This document shows positions 17,376 to 26,950 of a stretch of 33,558 nt of DNA, piece by piece. Origin of the DNA: a virus (lineage: Duplodnaviria > Caudoviricetes). The stretch lies in the IMG/VR virus record IMGVR_UViG_3300020533_000011, positions 1-33,558 of that record; one strand, 5' to 3'. The position numbers were made by a program, and so were the translations under genes. The notes beneath the pieces were generated by a model, which searched no databases, was not told the DNA's origin, and was given only the letters and a program-made list of their open reading frames with translations. Position 1 is the first letter of the stretch, and each line of letters begins with the position of its first letter.

Positions 17376-18081
17376 AGATATTAGCAACGGCATCGAGGAT
17401 ATGGATATTCGTTCACGTAACGTGAAAACGGTATGGGCTATGTGTGGCAATGTTGATTTAGATAACGATGTGATTGTACCGGAAGCATTTACAAAGACTA
17501 TACAGGAACGTGGGCCGCTTGGTAAGAATCTAATATGGTCTTTAGTTGACCATAAGAGTTCAATGAAGTACGCACTTGGTAAGCCGAAAGAATTATACGT
17601 GGAAGGGAATGCACTTATTGCCGTTACTGAAATAATCGAAACGGAGATGGGCGAAGATATGCTGAAATTATATGAGGCTAATCTAATCAATCAGCACTCA
17701 ATCGGATTCAGCACTATCAAATCCGAAATGGATAATTCTACTGGCATTCGTACAATCAAAGAATTGATGCTCTATGAAGGTAGTGCCGTTTTATGGGCAG
17801 CCAACCCCGAAACACCTACATTAGCAATGTATAAAGGGATGGAACAAGCAGAGGTGCAGGAAACGCTTAACGGTAGATTAGAAAAGCTACTAAAGGCGTT
17901 CAAGCATGGCACATTTACAGATGAAACTTTCTCCCTGTTGGAGATAGAAATAAAGCAAATACAGAAAGCAATTTCAGACATTACCACTCAACCCGCAGCG
18001 AACGCAGTCGAGCCGGATACGAATGCAATAGTATTTGAAGCACTCAAACAATTTAATCACTCGTTAAAATCATTAAAATGA
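17356..18081 (+). CDS. HK97-type prohead protease
   Basis: DLDNDVIVPEAF, DH, HSIGF, LYEGSAV..AANP. Confidence 0.93.
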   Translation: MKHYQVKDISNGIEDMDIRSRNVKTVWAMCGNVDLDNDVIVPEAFTKTIQERGPLGKNLIWSLVDHKSSMKYALGKPKELYVEGNALIAVTEIIETEMGEDMLKLYEANLINQHSIGFSTIKSEMDNSTGIRTIKELMLYEGSAVLWAANPETPTLAMYKGMEQAEVQETLNGRLEKLLKAFKHGTFTDETFSLLEIEIKQIQKAISDITTQPAANAVEPDTNAIVFEALKQFNHSLKSLK

Positions 18082-19226
18082 CAAACGAACAAATCGCTGC
18101 GGAGGTAAAATCAATAGGAGACAACCTTACGCAAGTATTGGCAAATTCTGCCAATGCAAAAACTGATGCGGCTGATGCCAAATTAGTAGTTACCGAACTT
18201 AAAAGCAAATTAGATTCAGTAGTTACACCTGCTGACCTTGCCGAGTTCAAAGGAGTTATGCAAAATCAATTTGATGCCCTTACCACTAAGGTAAAAGCCG
18301 GTAATCCTGATTCTGCAAAAAGTTTCAACGAAGTATTATCCGAGAAGTTAGAAGGTCGCAACATCGAAGCCGAAATCAAAAAGAATGGCCGTGTTCTGAT
18401 TGAGATGCCCGAAGTAAAGACTATCACTTTGGCCACTAACCTTTCCGGTGATAGCGTTGCGACTTACAATAGCCGCCAAGCTACACAGCCTGCGCAGTTG
18501 GTAAATATGCGTGATTTCGTGCCTACCGTTCAAAGCCCTACAGGTTTGTATGTTACATACCGCGAGGCTACTGGTAATGCAAACAACATCGCTGCACAAC
18601 TTGAAGGTTCACTGAAGCAAGAGAATAACTATTCTCTGACCGAGGTAAAGACTGTTAATCAGTTCATCGCTGGTTTTACTAAGTTTAGCCGTCAGATGCT
18701 TGCATCTTTGCCTTTCATGAGCCAAACGTTACCACGTTTGTTGACTCGTGATTTCTTCAAAGCAGAGAACGCTTCTTTCTTCTCAAGCGTATCAGGTGCT
18801 TCAACTGGTGTAACTACCACTTCTGCATCTACCAACCTCGGAGATTTGATTCAGTTGATTGGTAATCAGCGTGCTGCTGATTTCAGTCCTTCTGTAATCT
18901 TCGTGAGCAATGCACAATACAGCACTTTGCTTATCGAATCTTTCACCAACGGTTACTACTTAGGTGCAGGTTCTTTAGGTATCGGTGCTAACGGTGCTTT
19001 GAATCTTGTTGGTGTGCCTATCGTTGGCGTTAACTGGATTCCTAATAACCGTGCTTTGGTACTTGACAACTCATTTATTGAGCGTGTAGAGGTGAACGGT
19101 TTGAACATTGAGTTATCTTACGAAGATCAAAACAACTTCGTAACTAACATGGTTACTGCAAGAATCGAATGTTATGAGGCTATCAACTTGATGCTTCCTA
19201 ACTCTTCTATTTACGCTACTATCTAA
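18078..19226 (+). CDS. Major capsid protein (HK97 fold, N-terminal delta domain)
   Basis: Coiled-coil N-terminus, EGSLKQE, IAGFTKFSRQML, GVPIV, FVTNMVTARIE; position after protease. Confidence 0.93.
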   Translation: MTNEQIAAEVKSIGDNLTQVLANSANAKTDAADAKLVVTELKSKLDSVVTPADLAEFKGVMQNQFDALTTKVKAGNPDSAKSFNEVLSEKLEGRNIEAEIKKNGRVLIEMPEVKTITLATNLSGDSVATYNSRQATQPAQLVNMRDFVPTVQSPTGLYVTYREATGNANNIAAQLEGSLKQENNYSLTEVKTVNQFIAGFTKFSRQMLASLPFMSQTLPRLLTRDFFKAENASFFSSVSGASTGVTTTSASTNLGDLIQLIGNQRAADFSPSVIFVSNAQYSTLLIESFTNGYYLGAGSLGIGANGALNLVGVPIVGVNWIPNNRALVLDNSFIERVEVNGLNIELSYEDQNNFVTNMVTARIECYEAINLMLPNSSIYATI

Positions 19227-19231
19227 ATTTA

Positions 19232-19265
19232 GTGGGGAGGGTAAAACTCTCCCCATTATTTTTTC
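19232..19265 (+). terminator. Intrinsic terminator after capsid gene
   Basis: TGGGGAGGGT-AAA-ACTCTCCCCA followed by TTATTTTTT. Confidence 0.8.
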
Positions 19266-19287
19266 CCCATGAAACATATTTCTAAGC

Positions 19288-20235
19288 GTGAGCGAAAACA
19301 CCCCACCAAAAAGACTACGCATATTGTGGCACGTACAGAGCTACTTGCCAATGGCAAAATCTGGGTCAGAATGGAACGCCCACAACATCAACAAATGGCT
19401 GATGAGCAGAGGCCACCTTGTAAAGGTGATGACCTCAAAGATGAATAATGAGAACTACGAATACGATGGAATCCACGTATTCAACAGAAGCAATGATTGG
19501 TACTTCCATCATGAATGGGCTGATGTAATCTTTACACAATTAGATTTCGCAGGTGATGTAGCTATTGACTGCAAAAGCACAAAGAAACCTGCCGTTTGGT
19601 TTGCACATAATACTTTCATGTACTCATCCGTACGTACACACAGGGAGTTGAATGTAGTGTATAATTCGTACTGGAATAGTGAGGAATGCAAGTATCAAAA
19701 CAACGGGTTTGTATTGCAGCCACCTGTTGACATCAACCATTACAGGGGTGAGAAAGGAGATAAGATTACCCTGATTAATCTCAATCATAATAAAGGTGCT
19801 GAAATGTTCTACCGCATAGCAGAAGCTATGCCGGATAGGCAGTTTCTTGCCATACAAGGCGGGTACGGGCAACAGATATACAAAGAGTTGCCGAATGTAG
19901 AGTTTATGGCTAATCAGTCAGATATACGCATCGCATATCGCAAAACGAGAATACTACTTATGCCATCGCACTACGAATCATGGGGGCGAACGGCAACCGA
20001 GGCAATGGCATCGGGTATTCCGGTTATTTGTACCGACTTGCCCGGATTACGTGAGAATTGTGGGGATGCTGCAACGTACTGCAAACAGGATAGATTAGAT
20101 GAGTGGGTGGCGGCTATACGAAATGTGGAGGAAAACTACGAAATTTGCAGTTATAAGGCATACGATAGGGCAAATGAATTGCAGCCGGAAAACAATCTAA
20201 TAAAATTCGAGCAATGGGTAACTACTCTTACATAA
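19288..20235 (+). CDS. Glycosyltransferase, GT-B fold (GT4 / Glycos_transf_1)
   Basis: SGSE, KG, LLMPSHYESWGRTATEAMASGIPVI (EX7E); GTG start uncertain. Confidence 0.92.
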   Translation: MSENTPPKRLRILWHVQSYLPMAKSGSEWNAHNINKWLMSRGHLVKVMTSKMNNENYEYDGIHVFNRSNDWYFHHEWADVIFTQLDFAGDVAIDCKSTKKPAVWFAHNTFMYSSVRTHRELNVVYNSYWNSEECKYQNNGFVLQPPVDINHYRGEKGDKITLINLNHNKGAEMFYRIAEAMPDRQFLAIQGGYGQQIYKELPNVEFMANQSDIRIAYRKTRILLMPSHYESWGRTATEAMASGIPVICTDLPGLRENCGDAATYCKQDRLDEWVAAIRNVEENYEICSYKAYDRANELQPENNLIKFEQWVTTLT

Positions 20236-20744
20236 TTGATTCTAACATCACGGAGGTAAGCTATTCCGAACCCGTAACGCTGGCAGAGGCGAAATTATAC
20301 ATTCGTGTTTCGCATACTTCTGAAGATGCGCAAATATCCGAAATGATACGTGCTGCTAGGCAAATAATTGAAAAAGCTACCGGGTTATCGCTTATCACTA
20401 AGCAGGCAGAGGTATGGTTTTGCAACAAAGCGGGATGGTTCCAGTTACCACACGGCCCGATAACTTCATCTATTACCCTGTACGATGTAACCACAGGCAC
20501 CGAATTAACGGATAAGACTATCATGGGCGGCAAGCATCCGGTTATAACCTTCCCTGCTATTGACAAAATGCGGGCGGTGTATAATGTTGGATTTACCGCA
20601 TTACCCAACCCATTGAAAACGGCTATACTTGACCAGGTAAATCACTTGTATGAGAATAGGGGAGCATTTGATGAAACAATGGGAGTTTGTCTGAAGGCGT
20701 GGAGAACGTGCCAAATGTACTCTAAAACTTCGCCAATCCTATGA
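20214..20744 (+). CDS. Head-tail connector (gp6-like)
   Basis: EPVTLAEAKLYIRV..EDAQI...AAR..IE..TG; LKTAIL..V.HLYENR. Confidence 0.92.
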   Translation: MGNYSYIIDSNITEVSYSEPVTLAEAKLYIRVSHTSEDAQISEMIRAARQIIEKATGLSLITKQAEVWFCNKAGWFQLPHGPITSSITLYDVTTGTELTDKTIMGGKHPVITFPAIDKMRAVYNVGFTALPNPLKTAILDQVNHLYENRGAFDETMGVCLKAWRTCQMYSKTSPIL

Positions 20745-21082
20745 GAATAAAAGGAAATAGCCCAAAGTTTCTATCGGCTGAATTACTTATTGAGCCGATG
20801 GTATTAATGGTGCCTACTACCACAACCGATAGTGAGGGGGGCTACACGGTTACCTATGCGGCAGGAAGTACGATATGGGGAATGTATGTACCATTAGGGC
20901 AAGACCGACAATTATTATCAGCGGAGGTAACTTTCACCGATTCGGCAAGGATTTACATCCGCTACCCCCTCACTTTCGACAATACGTATAAAATACAGAT
21001 TAATGGGTTTGATTATACAATCCATTCGATAACTGATATTGAGAATAGAAAAGAATATTACGAAATAACAATATTTAGATAA
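20741..21082 (+). CDS. Head closure / head-tail adaptor (SPP1 gp16-like)
   Basis: TDSEGG..W..., IYIRY, YTIHSI; synteny. Confidence 0.85.
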   Translation: MRIKGNSPKFLSAELLIEPMVLMVPTTTTDSEGGYTVTYAAGSTIWGMYVPLGQDRQLLSAEVTFTDSARIYIRYPLTFDNTYKIQINGFDYTIHSITDIENRKEYYEITIFR

Positions 21083-21669
21083 TGGCTAAGGTAGAACTCG
21101 ACTTATTGGGTGGCAAGGCGGTGAGGCGAATGTTTGCAATAGCAGCCGAAAAGGTAGGCCCGCAACTTGCAAAGGAAATGAATGCCTCTGCTTTAACGAT
21201 TGAGAAAGATGCAAAGCGGTTAGCACCTGCGAACTTTGGGAAGTTACGCCAATCCATAAAGCACAATATTGGTGAGCCGTTAATGAAATCGGTATATTCA
21301 GAATTAGGTTATGCGCCCTATGTAGAGTTTGGCACGAAATCTAAAGCAATGACAAACCCAATCCATAAAGGGTTTTCAGCATATGCCGCACAATTTAAGG
21401 GGAAGGGTGAGGGTGATTATGGAGATTTGATATTATCACTTCTTTATTATGTAAAGCGTAAAAAGTTAGCCGGAACATACAAAGTAAAATCAAAGAGAAG
21501 GGTAGGGAATGCTAATCAAAGGTTAGATGAGGATTTGAGAGTGGCAGAACGCATGGCATACTTTATACTGAAAAACGGAATTAAGCCACAACCTTTTCTT
21601 ATACCTGCCTACCTCAATGAAAAGCCGAAACTTATTAAACGAATAGTAGAATTATTGAAGTTCAAATGA
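21082..21669 (+). CDS. HK97 gp10-like tail component
   Basis: AKRLAP..GKLRQSI, YAPYVEFGT, PQPFLIPA. Confidence 0.9.
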   Translation: MAKVELDLLGGKAVRRMFAIAAEKVGPQLAKEMNASALTIEKDAKRLAPANFGKLRQSIKHNIGEPLMKSVYSELGYAPYVEFGTKSKAMTNPIHKGFSAYAAQFKGKGEGDYGDLILSLLYYVKRKKLAGTYKVKSKRRVGNANQRLDEDLRVAERMAYFILKNGIKPQPFLIPAYLNEKPKLIKRIVELLKFK

Positions 21670-22082
21670 TAATGAAAAACCCCGCCATACCGATAAAACA
21701 ATGGTTAGTTGCCCGCCTACAGGCATACGCCTATATTGATGTGTACGATGGCATGACTCCAACGGATGCAGATGGGGAGTATATTGTTATCACTTCCCGA
21801 ACTGCGAACCAAGGGGAAGGTAAAGACTGCTTCCAATTTGAGGTATCGGCTAACGTGGATATAGTAACTAAGGGCAGTAACTTCGGATTCAAGAGAGCAG
21901 AGCAAATAGCAGAGTTGGTTGTGGGCGGTATCAATTCAGATACGGTAGTAACCTTACCTGTGGGTTGGGATTGTAAAAACGTGGTATGTGAATCCATCAA
22001 CAACTTAGAGGACTTAGACCCCTTTGAGAATACTTTTCGTGTAATAATTCGTTATACCTTTGTAATCACTCAAACAATATAA
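21666..22082 (+). CDS. Tail terminator/completion protein (DUF3168-like)
   Basis: VYD..P....YIVI; size and position before tail tube. Confidence 0.75.
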   Translation: MIMKNPAIPIKQWLVARLQAYAYIDVYDGMTPTDADGEYIVITSRTANQGEGKDCFQFEVSANVDIVTKGSNFGFKRAEQIAELVVGGINSDTVVTLPVGWDCKNVVCESINNLEDLDPFENTFRVIIRYTFVITQTI

Positions 22083-22083
22083 A

Positions 22084-22524
22084 ATGGCATACACTTTCGT
22101 AAACGGCAGAGATATAATTCTGCAAATTGACTGGGATAACAATTCTACGTTTCTCCCTGTTGCGTGTTTAACCTCTGTATCAATGGATGTAAAAAGAGAT
22201 GCCATTGATGCTGATTCTAAATGTGGCGACCAACAATTGCCTGGTGATAGCGTGATGCAGACCATTTCGGTTAGCGGTAATGCAATCGACCAAACAGGCA
22301 CAATCGACAAAGAAAGCTATGAGCGGTTGTATTCTTTGGTAGGTAGCAAGGCAGTAGTTGCTGCAAAGTTCGGCCCTGCATCTCCTGTATCGGGCGACAT
22401 CGTTTACACAGGTAATATATTTGTTACCTCTATAAAATTGGATGCAAAGGATAAAGACTTGATGAAGTTTGATGCAGAGTTTGGTGTTCAAAGTGCGCCA
22501 ATGACCCAAACTAAAACGTACTAA
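22084..22524 (+). CDS. Major tail tube protein
   Basis: VNGRDIIL, VACLTS, IDADSKC, YTGNIFVTS, FDAEF. Confidence 0.85.
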   Translation: MAYTFVNGRDIILQIDWDNNSTFLPVACLTSVSMDVKRDAIDADSKCGDQQLPGDSVMQTISVSGNAIDQTGTIDKESYERLYSLVGSKAVVAAKFGPASPVSGDIVYTGNIFVTSIKLDAKDKDLMKFDAEFGVQSAPMTQTKTY

Positions 22525-22527
22525 TTT

Positions 22528-22869
22528 ATGACACCATACGAACTACAGATTTCGGGGGGTGTTGTAAAATTGGAATGGGGTACATGGGCGATGCACCGCT
22601 ACTGCGAACTGAATGGGGATATTCCTATCAGCAAGTTGTTAAGCCTGTATAACGGTGAGGTGTTTTCCTTCAAGCATATTATAACAATGGTACAGGCAGC
22701 AAGTGAGAGCGCAGGGTTAGTGATAGATGATAGGACTGCTGCAAGGTACATAGATGAAGCGGGCGGGGCGAATGGTAAGGCGGTGAATGAGTTTATCCAC
22801 TATACTATAAAGTGTATGACACCGGATGTGCCAACGGATGAAAAGCCTGTGGAAGAAAAAAAAAGTTAA
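22528..22869 (+). CDS. Tail assembly chaperone (lambda gpG analogue)
   Basis: Between tube and tape measure; ends EEKKS* on an A9 run. Confidence 0.85.
   Translation: MTPYELQISGGVVKLEWGTWAMHRYCELNGDIPISKLLSLYNGEVFSFKHIITMVQAASESAGLVIDDRTAARYIDEAGGANGKAVNEFIHYTIKCMTPDVPTDEKPVEEKKS
22856..22865 (+). promoter_or_regulatory. Programmed -1 frameshift slippery site
   Basis: GAA-AAA-AAA-AGT-TAA; the -1 frame (AAG TTA AGG...) is open and in frame with the ORF at 22917. Confidence 0.8.
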
Positions 22870-23177
22870 GGGAAAAGACTTGGGATGAGATACTTGTTCT
22901 CGCCATTGAAGCCGGAATGACCATCGAAGGTTTTTGGAGGGCTACATGGCGAGAATTTTTGCTTTATAGGAAAGGTTACGAAGCGAAGCAGTTAGCCGAA
23001 TGGCAACGTACACGAATGATAGCCTATATCATTTATTGCACGAACACCGAAAGCGGCAAGCGAAAAGATATAGCAGAGTTCTTACCTTTGTCAACGGATG
23101 AGCAACCGGATCGGGGCGAGAGATTAACGCAGGAACAATTTATAGAGAACATGAAGAAACTTAGTCAAGCAATATAA
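22863..23177 (+). CDS. Frameshift extension of tail chaperone (gpT analogue)
   Basis: KLREKTWDEILVLAIEAGMTIEGFWRATWREF...; FW..T..E motif typical of gpGT C-terminal parts. Confidence 0.8.
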   Translation, partial: KLREKTWDEILVLAIEAGMTIEGFWRATWREFLLYRKGYEAKQLAEWQRTRMIAYIIYCTNTESGKRKDIAEFLPLSTDEQPDRGERLTQEQFIENMKKLSQAI

Positions 23178-23178
23178 G

Positions 23179-24720
23179 ATGGCAGAAGAGAAACTCCGGA
23201 TAACGATTACCGCTGATAATAAGGATGCGCTTGCAAAGTTTAATCAGACTATTGCAGGGTTGGATGGCATTAGTTCGGCAAGCGGTAAGGCCGGCGGTGC
23301 AACTAAGAAACTGGGTACTGACTTTACCGGAATGAGTAGGGTATTGCAGGATTTGCCATTCGGATTTATGGCAATACAAAACAACTTAACTCAACTATTG
23401 CCAGCAGCAGGTGCAGCAGGGTTGGCATTTTCTGCTTTAATGGCAGGGATACAATTTGCCCAAGTAGGATTAACGTATTGGACAAGAGGTATAAAAGAAT
23501 CTGATGAGGCATTACAGGCATCTACTAAATCAGTAACTGATTTTAATGTTAAGTTAGTAGATGCAAAAACAAATTTTCAATCAGCACGTGCAGGAGTTTT
23601 AAGCAAAGATGAAGCATTAAAAAAGTATAATGAAACGCTTGGAAGTTCAATAGGTTATGCAAAAACAATGCAAGAGGCAGAGGCATTAATGGTAAAAAAT
23701 ACTGCCACCGTAGTACAATCTATAAATCTTAGAACACAAGCACAATTATTTGCTGCTAAAGCAGCAGAATTACAGGCTAAAATATCTACCGGCGAGGTTT
23801 ATAACATGAGTTTGATGGAGCAGGCAGTTACTGGAGCAAAAGCTGCTTTTGGTGGGTTAGGTTCGATTGCAAGTGCTGCTGCAAATGAAATGTCAAGTAG
23901 ATATGTTAATGCAAATAAAAATATTGAGCAGTTTAATAAACTTAGTCAAGATGCTTTAACTAAAGCAATCAATTTAGAAAAAACATTAGTAGGTTCAAGA
24001 ACTGCACCGCAAAGTGGTGGCGGCGGCGGTAAACCCAAAGAGGTTGCAGTAAAAGATGAAAACAAAGTTTTAGAAGAGCAAATCCAAATATACAAGCGGT
24101 TACAGGCACAGATGATGGGGCAGGGCTTTATTACGCAAGAGAAAGCAAAAGAGAAAGACCTAACCAATCTCAAACTAAGGATGGATAGTAATGCTCAATT
24201 AAATGAAATTACTGCAAGGCAAATTGAATTAGATGACCAAAAGAATGCCCGTGTTGAATTAGCAAATCAGTTGACCGATAGAGCAATGCAGGGCATAACA
24301 GGTATAGCTAATGCAATGGTAAATGGGGGTAATATTGGTGAGGCGTTTGGTAATATGTTTAAGCAGTTGGCTATTGATATTGCAATGGCAGCAGCGAGGG
24401 CGGCAATCTTTCAAGGTATATTAATGGCATTGCCGGGGTTAGGCGGCGGAGCAGGCGCAGGCAAGTTTCTGACTGGCTTCGGTAAACTTCTCGGCTTCTC
24501 ACAAGGCGGCACCGTTTCCGGCCCACAATCCGGCTATCCTGTAATGCTACACGGCACAGAGCATATTGTACGCCCCGACCAAATGAAGTCAATCATTGCA
24601 TCGGCATCGCAGATGGGGGGGAGTAATAGTAGCAGGGTAATGGTAGAGGGTATAATTAGGGGTAACGATATATTCCTTTCACAACAAAGAACGGGAACAT
24701 TCCGCTCACTTACAACGTAA
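23179..24720 (+). CDS. Tape measure protein
   Basis: 513 aa, Ala/Gln-rich helical; LQDLPFG..IQNNL near the N-terminus; FSQGGTVSGP...GTE near the C-terminus. Confidence 0.9.
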   Translation: MAEEKLRITITADNKDALAKFNQTIAGLDGISSASGKAGGATKKLGTDFTGMSRVLQDLPFGFMAIQNNLTQLLPAAGAAGLAFSALMAGIQFAQVGLTYWTRGIKESDEALQASTKSVTDFNVKLVDAKTNFQSARAGVLSKDEALKKYNETLGSSIGYAKTMQEAEALMVKNTATVVQSINLRTQAQLFAAKAAELQAKISTGEVYNMSLMEQAVTGAKAAFGGLGSIASAAANEMSSRYVNANKNIEQFNKLSQDALTKAINLEKTLVGSRTAPQSGGGGGKPKEVAVKDENKVLEEQIQIYKRLQAQMMGQGFITQEKAKEKDLTNLKLRMDSNAQLNEITARQIELDDQKNARVELANQLTDRAMQGITGIANAMVNGGNIGEAFGNMFKQLAIDIAMAAARAAIFQGILMALPGLGGGAGAGKFLTGFGKLLGFSQGGTVSGPQSGYPVMLHGTEHIVRPDQMKSIIASASQMGGSNSSRVMVEGIIRGNDIFLSQQRTGTFRSLTT

Positions 24721-24724
24721 TACA

Positions 24725-26950
24725 ATGGCAGGTTTTTGTAAGAAAGTAGTAATTGATATTATAGCAGGTGACCTTACCGCCTCGGATGATGGATTCGTTT
24801 ATATAAGTTTTGTAGATTGTGGCGGGGATGATGTAGTGGTAGGATATAATACCGCAAAGTTAGATTTTGACACAGGTTACTGCATGGATACAACCCGTGA
24901 CTACACGGCTGAAATATACGTAGGTGGCATACCTACTGTACCGCCTTACAATAGCCGGGTTACGGAGGGCGATCCCTGTACCGAATCAAATCCGGTAGAA
25001 ATACCCCCGGCAGTAGTACCACCTGCATACGGAAAGAAATACACCCTATCAGCAGTAGGCAAATCTGGGCATACTTTCACGGCTGAAATATGGGAGAAAC
25101 TATACACAGGGGCAACATACCCCATTAACACATCACTCAATCCATTTGTGCTTGATTGCCTTGCCTCTAACGATGACCCATTCCAACCAATACTACCCAC
25201 TACATTTACAATACGGGCAGACTTCACAAACTTTACAGGGCCGTTCCCTGACTTCTTATCTACTGATGATAGAAAATACTTTGTTAAATTTTATGCAAGT
25301 GGTACAACCTATTTGTTGTGGAATGGCTTTATATTAATGGATACTATTTCATTGCCATTCACAACAGGGAGTACAATCATTGATATAATTTGTGTAGATG
25401 CAATCGGGCAATTAAAATCGGTTACCTACTTACCCGGTGTACCGCTTCTGACAAGTACAGAAAGTATTGTTAAAACAATAAACAACTGCCTTGCCTATTT
25501 ATTATATCCGGGCGGCTACAAAGTAAACTTTGCCGTTAATTACTACACATCGCAGCTATCAGATGCAACAAGCGCACTCCGGCAGATATACGTTACTCAA
25601 TGTAACTGGCAAACAGGCTCGGAGGCTTATCTAACCTGCTACGAAATTATAGAAATCATTTGCACCGCATTCGGGGCGCAAATATATCAGTCGGGCGGTG
25701 AGTGGTGGATTACATCGGTGAACGAAAGGGCAAGCAATACGATACGGGTATTCCAAACGGATCAAGATACTTCGGCCGATGTTGCCTATACAAAAACATT
25801 GAACTACACAATTCAGCCATACCAAAGTGATACGCTGACTCCGTTCTATTTTGTAAACAATGCACAAACGAAAATACTATCAAAGGGATTTCCAATAGTA
25901 GAGGTTAGCGGGGATATTGATTACAATTATAATAAACTTATTAACGGAGATTTCAGTAAGCTAAGCAACATTGCAGGTAACGCTCCCAATGGCACACCGG
26001 ATAACTGGACTACAACCATAGGCACAAGTGGTTCGGTTAATGTGCAAACAACTAATGGAGTTACCGGATTGTTTTTAGATGGAGGCACTACTAATACGGT
26101 GCTTGTATCTACTCCGGTACTGATAGACCAATACGATAAAGTTAGTTTGTCATTTGATGGGTATGGCACAACAGGAGGGGCTACATTTTTGCACATAGAA
26201 ATAAAGATTGATGTGGGCGGTGGCAACTTTTACAAGTACACGAAAGCAGCAGGGGCAGACCCCGAATGGTTATACAATCCATCCACATCAGCCGGGGCTT
26301 ATAGGTATGAAGTGGGAGATATTGTTAACCCGCAAAGAATAAGTATTGATTCAAGCGGTGCGCCTGCATCGGGAACATTAGAGATTACTTTCAGAGTAGG
26401 TACACAAATAGGCGGGGCGCATACAGAAGGATTCTTTGGCAATGCACGGTTAACTTATACATCGCAGTATTCTAAATACACCTTTCAGAATGTTAACACA
26501 AGTTCACCGTATAAAAAAGAGGTAAATGTTAAGTTAGGTAACTATACCGCAATATCAGGTATTGTTTCACGTACTCAATCTCAATCGTTACTAACTACAT
26601 CTAATAACGGGTTACTTAACTGGACTCGTTACGGGGATAGTAGTGTTACTTATAGCACACTTGCAATTCTTTTGTTATCGCAGTATTACAACATATTCAG
26701 CAAGCCTCGTGTTAATATGTCTTTTACGCAGTACAATGTTTACAATCAGGCGGGGGATTATTTTATCGGGTTAGTTAATAACTTTGCAATTACAGACCCA
26801 TCGGGAACAATATCAATAAACGCATTTAAGTATATTTTGGGTGCATGTACCATTGATTATGTAAACAATACGATAAGTGGTACTGCGTTACAAATTGCTA
26901 ACACAAATTTAACTTTTAGTACAAAGCAAACTTTAACACCTAACAGATGA
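24725..26950 (+). CDS. Tail tip / hub protein with N-terminal Cys-rich extension and internal jelly-roll-like insert
   Basis: Follows TMP; AYGKKY, W.GFI, DAIGQLK, FGAQIYQSGGEWWI; LINGDF...PDNWT carbohydrate-binding-like segment. Confidence 0.75.
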   Translation: MAGFCKKVVIDIIAGDLTASDDGFVYISFVDCGGDDVVVGYNTAKLDFDTGYCMDTTRDYTAEIYVGGIPTVPPYNSRVTEGDPCTESNPVEIPPAVVPPAYGKKYTLSAVGKSGHTFTAEIWEKLYTGATYPINTSLNPFVLDCLASNDDPFQPILPTTFTIRADFTNFTGPFPDFLSTDDRKYFVKFYASGTTYLLWNGFILMDTISLPFTTGSTIIDIICVDAIGQLKSVTYLPGVPLLTSTESIVKTINNCLAYLLYPGGYKVNFAVNYYTSQLSDATSALRQIYVTQCNWQTGSEAYLTCYEIIEIICTAFGAQIYQSGGEWWITSVNERASNTIRVFQTDQDTSADVAYTKTLNYTIQPYQSDTLTPFYFVNNAQTKILSKGFPIVEVSGDIDYNYNKLINGDFSKLSNIAGNAPNGTPDNWTTTIGTSGSVNVQTTNGVTGLFLDGGTTNTVLVSTPVLIDQYDKVSLSFDGYGTTGGATFLHIEIKIDVGGGNFYKYTKAAGADPEWLYNPSTSAGAYRYEVGDIVNPQRISIDSSGAPASGTLEITFRVGTQIGGAHTEGFFGNARLTYTSQYSKYTFQNVNTSSPYKKEVNVKLGNYTAISGIVSRTQSQSLLTTSNNGLLNWTRYGDSSVTYSTLAILLLSQYYNIFSKPRVNMSFTQYNVYNQAGDYFIGLVNNFAITDPSGTISINAFKYILGACTIDYVNNTISGTALQIANTNLTFSTKQTLTPNR

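Noticed and set aside
19269-19448. 59-aa alternative-frame ORF overlapping the GT4 start
   Set aside because: Poor initiation context right after the terminator U tract, almost fully overlapping a conserved enzyme domain, no recognisable motif
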